A stretch of 32,000 nt of DNA from Candidatus Diapherotrites archaeon CG08_land_8_20_14_0_20_30_16 (GCA_002779075.1 PEXK01000050.1:3741-35740), one strand, 5' to 3'. Shown: positions 25,239 to 32,000, numbered from the stretch's first letter. The notes: generated by a model from the letters alone, not told the origin. Translations and numbers: made by a program.

Positions 25239-25313
25239 TGAGGCTGTCCGGATTTGGACCGGAGTCGTAAGCTCCCAAAGCTTAAATGCTAGACCAGACT
25301 ACACCACAGCCCC
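25239..25313 (-). tRNA. tRNA-Pro (anticodon UGG), no intron, CCA not encoded
   Basis: The minus strand reads GGGGCTGTGGTGTAGTCTGGTCTAGCATTTAAGCTTTGGGAGCTTACGACTCCGGTCCAAATCCGGACAGCCTCA. The cloverleaf folds, with anticodon loop TTTGGGA. A TATA-like AAAAATTTAT lies at -27 to -18. Confidence 0.95.
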
Positions 25314-25403
25314 TGGCTTTTAGAAAAAAGATAAATTTTTCTTTCTTTTTGGATAAACTTTAGCCTTTTTCTTTACTTTCTGAAAAGAAAGAAAAAGGAT
25401 ATA

Positions 25404-25459
25404 GTGCTCAGCCCGCCTATCAATCATCATAATTCAGCAGGGGTTAACCTCATCATAGC
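25404..25459 (-). ncRNA. C/D-box sRNA (2'-O-methylation guide)
   Basis: The minus strand reads gct-ATGATGA(C)-GGTTAACCCCTG-CTGA(D')-att-ATGATGA(C')-TTGATAGGCGGG-CTGA(D)-gcac. Both spacers are exactly 12 nt, and D' to C' is 3 nt. TATA TTTAAAAA lies at -31 to -24. Confidence 0.85.
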
Positions 25460-25540
25460 AAATATATTCTTAAGCTAAAGTCTTTTTAAAGCTTCCTTTG
25501 TATTTATATATAGTGAAAAACAGAAGAATTTGGTGAGTAT

Positions 25541-27706
25541 ATGGTTACGAGATTGGAAGAAGTAAGAAACGAGAAAATCAAAAAATTAGAAGCATTAAAA
25601 AAGGGGAGATATAACCCTTATGAAATCGAGAAATATGACAAGCAGTTTGATGTTGACAAATTACAACAAAAATATGAAAAAATAAAAACTGGTGAAGAAA
25701 GTAAAGAAATAATAAAAACTGCAGGCAGAATAACAAGCATAAGAGGTCATGGCAAATTATTCTTTTTAGATTTAAATGACGAAAAAGGAAAAATACAGGT
25801 TGTAATTAGACAAGATAAAACAAAAAACTTTGATGATATTAAATATTTAGGCACAGGTGATTTTGTTGGTGTGCAAGGAAATATAACAAGAACTAATTCT
25901 GGAGAATTAAGTATCGTTGTACAAGATTTCACAATATTATGCAAAAATATTATGCCTTTGCCAGATAAATGGCATGGATTAGAAGATCCTGAATTAAAAT
26001 ACAGAAAAAGATATTTGGATTTTGCAATAGATAAAGATGCAAGAGACAAATTATATGCTAAATTCAAAATGATTGAAAACATAAGAAAATTTTTGAATAC
26101 TAAAGGGTTTATTGAAGTTGAAACACCGATTCTACAAAATCTTTTAACAGGAGCAAATGCAAAACCATTTGTTACACATCACAACACTTTAGACCTAGAC
26201 ATGTATTTGAGAATTGCACCTGAATGCTTTCTTAAAAGACTGATTGTTGGCGGATTTGAAAAAATATATGAAATTGGTAGAAATTTCCGAAACGAAGGTA
26301 TTGATTTTAAACACAATCCCGAATTTACAATGATGGAATTATATTGGGCATATGCAGATTATGAAGATATAATGAATCTAACAGAAGAAATTATTACTTC
26401 AGCAATAAAAGAAACTACAGGAAAAGATTCTTTAATATATGATGGTAAGGAAATTAATTTTAAAAGACCGTGGAAAAGAATTAGTATGCTACAAGCAGTA
26501 AAAGATGCAACAGGTTTTGATTTTGAGAAACTATCTGAAAAAGAAGCAAAAGAAATTGCAATAAAAGAAGGAATTGATTTAGAGTTTGATTCTAGCAAAG
26601 GAAGGATTTTGTCAGAACTGTTTGCAAAACATGTTGAAACAAAATTAATAAATCCTACTTTTGTTATTCAGTACCCTGTTGAAGTATCACCTTTGTCAAA
26701 AAGAAATCCTAAAGATCCTAAATATACAAATAGATTTGAATTATATATTAATACTTGGGAATTTGCAAATGCTTTTTCTGAATTAAATGACCCTTTTGAT
26801 CAATATGAAAGATTAAAAAAACAAGTTGAACAAAAAGAATTAGGCAATGAAGAAGCACATGATATGGATTATGATTTTATTGAAGCTTTGGAAACTGGTT
26901 TGCCTCCAACTGGCGGATTAGGAATTGGAATTGATAGATTAGCAATGTTGATAACTGATTCACACAGTATAAGAGATATTATCAGCTTTCCAACATTAAG
27001 ACCAGAAGCAGGAACATTAGAATTATTATTGGAACCACACAATTCTTCTTTAAAAAAGAAGAACCAAGAAATTAAAATAGAAAAACAACAACAAAATTCT
27101 TTTTCAAAAAAAGAAACAAAAACAGATAAAAAAAAACTACCACTAAATAGAGAAAAGGCTTGGAAACTAATACAAAAGTATAATTCTGAGAAAACTGATT
27201 TAAATCATTATTTAGAAAGCGAAGCTGTTATGAAAGCATTAGCTAAGAAGTTGGGCGAAGATGAAGAATATTATGGCCTGTTGGGATTATTGCATGATGT
27301 TGATTGGGAATTAACAAAAACAGACACTACGAAACATTTAACACTGGCACCAAAAATATTAAAAGAGCAAGGATTTGATGATGAATTTATTTGCACAATA
27401 TTGTCACACGGTTATGGTTGTGATTGTGCAGGTTTAAAAGATAAAAAAAGAACTAAGAAAATTGAACACGCATTAGCTTGCTCAGAAACAATTACTGGTT
27501 TAATTCATGCATATTATTTAATGAGAAAAACATTTGATGGTATGAAAGCAAAAGGATTAAATGAAAAATTTAAAGATTCTAAGTTTGCACAAAAAATAAA
27601 TAGAAACGCAATTAAAGAATGTGAGTCATTAGGGCTGATTTTAGTGGAGTTTATGCAATTAGCAATTGATGCAATTGCAGGAATAAAAGATAAACTATAT
27701 TTATAA
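25541..27706 (+). CDS. lysS: Class II lysyl-tRNA synthetase fused to a C-terminal HD-domain hydrolase (COG2316-like)
   Basis: An OB anticodon-binding domain is followed by class II motifs (FRNEGID, ELNDP, GGLGIGIDRL, FPTLRPE). A K/Q-rich ~40-aa linker follows. The last 189 aa carry LLGLLHDVDWE...ILSHGYG of an HD phosphohydrolase. Confidence 0.9.
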   Translation: MVTRLEEVRNEKIKKLEALKKGRYNPYEIEKYDKQFDVDKLQQKYEKIKTGEESKEIIKTAGRITSIRGHGKLFFLDLNDEKGKIQVVIRQDKTKNFDDIKYLGTGDFVGVQGNITRTNSGELSIVVQDFTILCKNIMPLPDKWHGLEDPELKYRKRYLDFAIDKDARDKLYAKFKMIENIRKFLNTKGFIEVETPILQNLLTGANAKPFVTHHNTLDLDMYLRIAPECFLKRLIVGGFEKIYEIGRNFRNEGIDFKHNPEFTMMELYWAYADYEDIMNLTEEIITSAIKETTGKDSLIYDGKEINFKRPWKRISMLQAVKDATGFDFEKLSEKEAKEIAIKEGIDLEFDSSKGRILSELFAKHVETKLINPTFVIQYPVEVSPLSKRNPKDPKYTNRFELYINTWEFANAFSELNDPFDQYERLKKQVEQKELGNEEAHDMDYDFIEALETGLPPTGGLGIGIDRLAMLITDSHSIRDIISFPTLRPEAGTLELLLEPHNSSLKKKNQEIKIEKQQQNSFSKKETKTDKKKLPLNREKAWKLIQKYNSEKTDLNHYLESEAVMKALAKKLGEDEEYYGLLGLLHDVDWELTKTDTTKHLTLAPKILKEQGFDDEFICTILSHGYGCDCAGLKDKKRTKKIEHALACSETITGLIHAYYLMRKTFDGMKAKGLNEKFKDSKFAQKINRNAIKECESLGLILVEFMQLAIDAIAGIKDKLYL

Positions 27707-27711
27707 GGGAC

Positions 27712-27772
27712 TTTATGCCCGGTTGCAAATTTCTTTCAGGGAATCAAGAAATTATACAACAGTATCATAAAA
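27712..27772 (+). promoter_or_regulatory. Palindromic leader element, copy B, upstream of the FKBP-like gene
   Basis: Sequence: TTTATGCCCGGTTGCAAATTTCTTTCAGGGAATCAAGAAATTATACAACAGTATCATAAAA. It ends 6 nt before the SD GGGAG. Confidence 0.6.
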
Positions 27773-27788
27773 TCAAAAGGGAGAATTT

Positions 27789-28247
27789 ATGCAGAAAGAA
27801 AAAGATAATAAAAAGGGGGGAATAGAAAAAGGAGATATTGTAACACTTAGCTACAAACTCTACGATTCTACTAAAAAATTAATTGATGAATGCAAAGAAC
27901 AACAACCATTAGTCATTCAATATGGCAAAACAGTTATTAACAAAGATCTACACAAAAAATTGATGGGCAAGAAAATCTGCGATACTGTCGAGATAAAACA
28001 GAAATTAAAAACAAAACCACCACTTATAAATATAGATTTTGATAATTTAGAGGAAGAAGATCAAGAACAACTAGAAACTGGCCAAATTATAGAATTAAAT
28101 ATAAAGGACAAAAGAAACTTGTTTATTGTTGAAAAAATAAATCTAGAAACAGGAACTATTTTATTAAAATACAAAAACCCATACGAAAATCAAACCTTAA
28201 CCAATATTGTGAAAATTGAAAAAATAAAGAAGAAAGTGAAAATATGA
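27789..28247 (+). CDS. SlyD-like short FKBP-type peptidyl-prolyl isomerase with an insert-in-flap domain (divergent)
   Basis: IEKGDIVTLSYKLYD, GKTVINKDLHKKLMGKKICDTVEI and TGTILLKYKNPYENQTLTNIVKIEKI are collinear with archaeal short FKBPs (VxKGDxVxxxY, GxGxxxxGLxxALxGM and VxVDFNHPLAGKxLxFxVxV). Confidence 0.6.
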   Translation: MQKEKDNKKGGIEKGDIVTLSYKLYDSTKKLIDECKEQQPLVIQYGKTVINKDLHKKLMGKKICDTVEIKQKLKTKPPLINIDFDNLEEEDQEQLETGQIIELNIKDKRNLFIVEKINLETGTILLKYKNPYENQTLTNIVKIEKIKKKVKI

Positions 28248-28435
28248 AAAAAGAATATATACAGAAAATTGAAAAACAAAAACAACAAAATTTTTCTAAA
28301 AAAGAGCCAACACCAAAAAATAAAAAACCAGAAAAAAAGATTTCAACAAATCTGGATTTGGAACTGCTAGAAACAAGTATCGCAAAAAAAGCAACTGAAA
28401 AAATAAATGTTCCAATAATAAAACACCTTGATTAG
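28244..28435 (+). CDS. Small Lys-rich protein (63 aa), start overlapping the upstream stop (ATGA)
   Basis: The 4-nt ATGA overlap with the FKBP-like gene suggests translational coupling. The segment IEKQKQQNFSKKEPTPKNKK resembles the LysRS linker. Confidence 0.45.
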   Translation: MKKEYIQKIEKQKQQNFSKKEPTPKNKKPEKKISTNLDLELLETSIAKKATEKINVPIIKHLD

Positions 28436-28803
28436 CTTTTACAAACTAAAGGCTGCTTCTTCTTAAATATTAAATACAACAAAAATAGCAATAAACCAAA
28501 GAAAACAACATATGTTGTATTAGTTATGGGAACCCAATAAGCATTTGGACCTAAAGTTTGGGGCACTATACTTGGTGTTTGAATAAAAAAGTTTTGAAAT
28601 ATTCTTGAATTTGTGTTGTAAAGAAAAATGTAATATATCAGAAATCCAAGAACACAAAAAACAAAAATCTTAAGCTTTTTATCTGTAAAGTTTTCTAATC
28701 CTAGTTTATTTTTAAAGGTTATATACAAAATGACAATAACAAAGAAAGTAAACCATAAATATACAGGAGACCAATTTGCCCATATTAAATAATCGTAACC
28801 CAT
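28432..28803 (-). CDS. Hypothetical integral membrane protein (about 3-4 TM)
   Basis: ORF with hydrophobic segments. I recognised no family. Confidence 0.5.
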   Translation of the reverse strand: MGYDYLIWANWSPVYLWFTFFVIVILYITFKNKLGLENFTDKKLKIFVFCVLGFLIYYIFLYNTNSRIFQNFFIQTPSIVPQTLGPNAYWVPITNTTYVVFFGLLLFLLYLIFKKKQPLVCKS

Positions 28804-28838
28804 ATTAATTACTTGAATGAAAAAGTTTATAAATGTGC

Positions 28839-29336
28839 CTATTTGCCTAAAGGAAAATCTTGTATAGACACATAACTTTTCTTAGCGCCAATCTTCACAT
28901 TTTCTAAAAGATACAACTTATTCACAGTAAAGACTGCTTTTAAATCTTTAATATCATTAATAATCAATTTTAGGTTTAAATTTGAGGAGCTGTTCCTTGC
29001 AACAGTAATGTGTGTTGCAAACTTATCTGGCTTCAACAATTCCTCAAATTTATTAAATACTAAAATGTGTGATGCTTTAACAAATAATATTCTGTTATTA
29101 AACTGACCTAAACCATTAAGTTCTAAATCAAATTGTTTTATCTCCTGACACTTTTTTATACTCTCAAAGTCTATTTTGTCTTTAGAAATATTACCATAAA
29201 ATTTCAATGTTAAGTGGTAATTTTGTGGTGATTCTATTTTTAAAGCCTTGCACTTATTAAAAAGAGGTAGTAATTTAGCATAGATTTCTTTAGATATTTT
29301 TAGTGGTACTTTGATACCCAGAAATAAATTACCCAT
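28839..29336 (-). CDS. thpR: 2H-phosphoesterase: RNA 2',3'-cyclic phosphodiesterase / 2'-5' RNA ligase family
   Basis: Two H-x-T-x motifs are present (YHLTLKF and THITVAR) at the spacing typical of LigT/ThpR. The size is 165 aa. Confidence 0.8.
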   Translation of the reverse strand: MGNLFLGIKVPLKISKEIYAKLLPLFNKCKALKIESPQNYHLTLKFYGNISKDKIDFESIKKCQEIKQFDLELNGLGQFNNRILFVKASHILVFNKFEELLKPDKFATHITVARNSSSNLNLKLIINDIKDLKAVFTVNKLYLLENVKIGAKKSYVSIQDFPLGK

Positions 29337-29337
29337 A

Positions 29338-30255
29338 TCAAATACCCAAAATATTTTTCATTTTGGATTCAACAATTTCCTTTATTTTATCTTTGGGCAG
29401 AAACATATTGAATCTAAAAATCTGCGGGCATTTTGATTTATATTTTTTAGCAGTCTCATTATATACTCGTTCCAGCCAATTCGAACAATATCTTTTATTA
29501 ACTAATATTTGGTAATCTGCATCGTTTTCAAAATCATCCAAATTCCTTCCTTCTCCTCTCTGCATTTTCAATTCAACATATTTTTCTTTTGTTAATTCAG
29601 GATCGCAGGCAATAAATAGGTGAGTAGGGGGATTAGAAAATGCTATTTTATTTCCTGGCAAACGTATGTAAACACTTTTTGTAATTCCATTTGGTAGATT
29701 CTTGTTATCAAAAACTTGATAACACATACTTTCTTCGCTTCTCGATCTAATTATTATCTTATCTTTTTCCCTTAAAACCTTTCTAAATCGAAAATATTCA
29801 TCAAGTCTTGAAACCTGATACGAAAAAGATGCAGAAATCTGATCAGTTTCAGCACCATATTGAGATCTATTTATTTCTAATGTTCTTACTGTTTGGCCAC
29901 CACCTCTCTTTGCTGGTTCTTCCATTATCCAAACATCTGCAATATCAGGATCAATATATGTAGTTATATCGTTTTTTATCATGCTGGCAATTTTCAATTT
30001 AAACAGCAGTTCATTTGCTCTATAAATAAAATCTTTTTTCTTTTCATCGCTTACATTAGGATCTTGTAGATACTCTTTAAGGTTGAAATAACCTTCATTA
30101 TATTCTTTAAAGATACCTGCATGAAACAAAGCATCTATTTCGGTTCCTCTTATGTCCTTAACTCTTTTTCCAAGATTTTTGAAAAAATCAATTAAAATTC
30201 CAACTTGTGTACTTGTGCCAGACATATCCGAACCAGAAACAACCAAATCTATCAT
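29338..30255 (-). CDS. Thymidylate-kinase-like P-loop-fold protein with a lysine-less Walker A and a ~100-aa expansion
   Basis: SD GGTGGT precedes the ATG at 30255. LVVSGSDMSGTSTQ compares with the Tmk motif IVxEGxDGSGKSTQ (K to T). RSRSEESMCYQ compares with DRYxxSSxAYQ, and the lid/C-terminal region is collinear. The stop lies 1 nt before the thpR ATG. Confidence 0.55.
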   Translation of the reverse strand: MIDLVVSGSDMSGTSTQVGILIDFFKNLGKRVKDIRGTEIDALFHAGIFKEYNEGYFNLKEYLQDPNVSDEKKKDFIYRANELLFKLKIASMIKNDITTYIDPDIADVWIMEEPAKRGGGQTVRTLEINRSQYGAETDQISASFSYQVSRLDEYFRFRKVLREKDKIIIRSRSEESMCYQVFDNKNLPNGITKSVYIRLPGNKIAFSNPPTHLFIACDPELTKEKYVELKMQRGEGRNLDDFENDADYQILVNKRYCSNWLERVYNETAKKYKSKCPQIFRFNMFLPKDKIKEIVESKMKNILGI

Positions 30256-30363
30256 TTTACCACCAACAAACAAAACAAATAAACAGTAAAAATATAAATA
30301 GATAACTTTTATATATAATTTACTTTTACATTTGGAGGGAATATTATAAAAACATGGAAAACA

Positions 30364-31191
30364 GTGATTTTAGGGATAATAGCATTCTTTTTTATAATAA
30401 CATTTCCAATAGCATTAGTCTGGTTTTCAATAAGTGGAAGCATATTGGATGCAGATACTTATAAACCAGTAGTGCCATTGTTATTAGATTCTATGATCAA
30501 CCAGAATTTGAGTCAAACTGGATTGCAGATAAGCGAAGAATCATTAAAACAAATTGAACCTCTGTTTTATACTTGGTTAGATGATATCTTTGATTATGTC
30601 AATGCAAAAACAGACAAATTGAATTTAAAACTGCCAAGTGATGATGTCTTAAAACCAGCTGTAAAACAATTATTATTGTCTACAATAAAACAAAGCACAC
30701 CTAATGGCGGGCAATTAACAAATGAACAAGTTGATGCTTTACTTGAACAAGCATATCCTGCAATGAAACAACAATTACAAACTAGCATAAACAGTTTTAA
30801 CATACAACTCGAATCACAATTATTACAAGCAAGAGATATACTAAGTTTAGCAAGACTAGTTGGAATTATTGCATTAATCTTAAGTTTGGTGTTCATCATA
30901 TTTGCAATTGTGTTAATTTGGCAGGTAAGATCAATAATGAATTGGATAGGCACATACTTCTTGCTGGGATCAGTTCCTTTGCTTTTAATTGCTCTAGGAT
31001 TAATTTTTGGATTAAATAGCATTTTGCAAAGTGCAAGTCTACCGCAAGAAGCAATTCTACCAGCAACATCAATAGTATCTGCAGTATTTAATAATCTGGC
31101 AATATTCAGTGGAATCTTTACAGTAATTGGGTTAGCTTTGCTATTTGTTAAATATGCATTTCCAAAAGCAGTAAAAGAACCTGCAAAGTAG
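30364..31191 (+). CDS. Hypothetical membrane protein: N-terminal TM, a Q/L-rich ectodomain and 3-4 C-terminal TM helices
   Basis: ORF with a GTG start and no convincingly spaced SD, so the start is uncertain. Confidence 0.5.
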   Translation: MILGIIAFFFIITFPIALVWFSISGSILDADTYKPVVPLLLDSMINQNLSQTGLQISEESLKQIEPLFYTWLDDIFDYVNAKTDKLNLKLPSDDVLKPAVKQLLLSTIKQSTPNGGQLTNEQVDALLEQAYPAMKQQLQTSINSFNIQLESQLLQARDILSLARLVGIIALILSLVFIIFAIVLIWQVRSIMNWIGTYFLLGSVPLLLIALGLIFGLNSILQSASLPQEAILPATSIVSAVFNNLAIFSGIFTVIGLALLFVKYAFPKAVKEPAK

Positions 31192-31200
31192 GTTGTACTC

Positions 31201-31914
31201 TTAGCTTTTTCTTTTTTTATTTTCCCAATTTTCGGTTTCTCTTATTATACTGATCATCATCTTTACACATTCAACAGGATGTTTGCCAATTGCTGTTTCT
31301 TCAGATAGCATTACTGCGTTAGAACCATCCAAAACAGCATTTGCAACATCGCTTACTTCTGCTCTTTCAGGCACTTTGTTGAACTGCATTGACAAAAGCA
31401 TTTCTGTTGCAGTTATTACAAATCTATCAGAATTATTGCACTTTGCAATAATTTCTTTTTGAAATAAAGGTAATTTTGCTAAGGGCACGTTTTTGCCCAA
31501 ATCACCGCGTGCAACCATTATTCCATAAGAACAGTTAATTAATTCCTTTATATTGTGTAGGGCTTCTTTTGTTTCAATTTTAGAAATTATTTTAATATTT
31601 TTTCTATTCAACAACTTTTTATAATGAAAAACTTTCTGCACAGTATTTGCAAATGCGACAGCAAGATATTGAAACGTTTGCTTTTGCAGCCAACCAAGAA
31701 GTTTTGTATTTTTAACATCAATTAATATTTCACATTTCTTGTGCAAGTTTCTGTTTATTTTATTTGCGTTTGACATTATAGTTTTATACTGTTTAAGATT
31801 GCCATATTTAGTATTAATTCTAAAAATATTACAACCTTGCAAAGCCATATTCTTCATTGTTGCATAGTCCTTGCTTGACGGACCTATTGTTGCAATTATC
31901 TTGGTTTGTGGCAT
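31201..31914 (-). CDS. Minimal pyruvate kinase: A (TIM-barrel) domain only, lacking the B (cap) and C (allosteric) domains
   Basis: TKIIATIGPSS, FRINTKYG, SKIETKE, MVARGDLG, ITATEMLLSM, PERAEVSDVANAVLDGSNAVMLSEETAIGKHP are collinear with PK A-domain motifs. LIDVKNTK runs directly into the second half of the barrel. The protein ends ~20 aa after the last A-domain helix. Confidence 0.75.
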   Translation of the reverse strand: MPQTKIIATIGPSSKDYATMKNMALQGCNIFRINTKYGNLKQYKTIMSNANKINRNLHKKCEILIDVKNTKLLGWLQKQTFQYLAVAFANTVQKVFHYKKLLNRKNIKIISKIETKEALHNIKELINCSYGIMVARGDLGKNVPLAKLPLFQKEIIAKCNNSDRFVITATEMLLSMQFNKVPERAEVSDVANAVLDGSNAVMLSEETAIGKHPVECVKMMISIIRETENWENKKRKS

Positions 31915-31928
31915 AAAAAAACCTTCTT

Positions 31929-32000
31929 TTTTATGAAACTGTTGTAAATTTCTATCAACGTGTTGCTAACTTGCGTTTGCAACATTTTGTAAATGATTTC
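31929..32000 (-). promoter_or_regulatory. Palindromic leader element, copy D, upstream of the mini pyruvate kinase (may continue past the window edge)
   Basis: On the minus strand it reads GAAATCATTTACAAAATGTTGCAAACGCAAGTTAGCAACACGTTGATAGAAATTTACAACAGTTTCATAAAA. It ends 4 nt before the SD AAGGT. Confidence 0.6.

Noticed and set aside
24837-25241. Track ORFs 24837-25133 (-), 24853-25053 (+) and 25020-25241 (+).
   Set aside because: They overlap tRNA-Ser and the repeat- and hairpin-rich spacer. The reading frames run through cloverleaf sequence and low-complexity T/A tracts. They are not genes.
24910-25313. tRNA introns, expected because EndA and RtcB are encoded nearby.
   Set aside because: Both tRNAs fold as uninterrupted cloverleaves with 7-nt anticodon loops. 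No insertion is present at 37/38 or elsewhere.
25054-25358. Possible CRISPR array, suggested by the repeated ~20-nt motif near the tRNAs.
   Set aside because: The repeats are imperfect and irregularly spaced (10-125 nt), with no uniform spacers. They are A/G-rich rather than the usual CRISPR repeat structure, and no cas genes are present.
30354-30467. An alternative ATG at 30354 (15 nt after GGAGGG) as the start of the 30364 gene.
   Set aside because: It is in a different frame and terminates after 37 codons with an implausible sequence. The TM-protein frame begins at the GTG at 30364. The start remains uncertain.

Overview
Visibly AT-rich, tightly packed archaeal sequence. Archaeal markers are the EndA tRNA-splicing endonuclease, NAC, RtcB plus archease, a Hel308/Ski2-type helicase and a textbook C/D-box sRNA. 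Several enzymes are unusually small or fused, which fits a small-genome DPANN-type archaeon; that lineage call is inference only. I support about 38 protein genes, two intron-less tRNAs (Ser-UGA, Pro-UGG), one C/D-box sRNA, a 490-aa LAGLIDADG intein splitting the metal-binding motif of RtcB, a hicBA pair and two gene remnants (FtsX-type permease, TrmB-like regulator). I saw no rRNA, CRISPR array, transposase or integrase. The observations most worth follow-up are: (1) a family of palindromic leader elements just upstream of the Shine-Dalgarno (SD) site of four genes, including the two substrate-level-phosphorylation enzymes (ADP-forming acetyl-CoA synthetase (ACS) alpha and a B/C-domain-less mini pyruvate kinase (PK)); (2) a recurrent 12-nt box TACACTAAACAG fused to a TATA-like box, with two orphan copies that face no gene; (3) a 4xCBS protein with an HPF/RaiA-like C-terminus; (4) a class II LysRS fused to an HD hydrolase; (5) a Whirly-like ssDNA-binding protein; (6) a thymidylate-kinase-like protein with a lysine-less P-loop, translationally coupled to a 2H phosphoesterase; (7) an elaborate repeat- and hairpin-rich tRNA/sRNA locus. 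All functional calls rest on motif-level reading of the translated ORFs. No database search was run.
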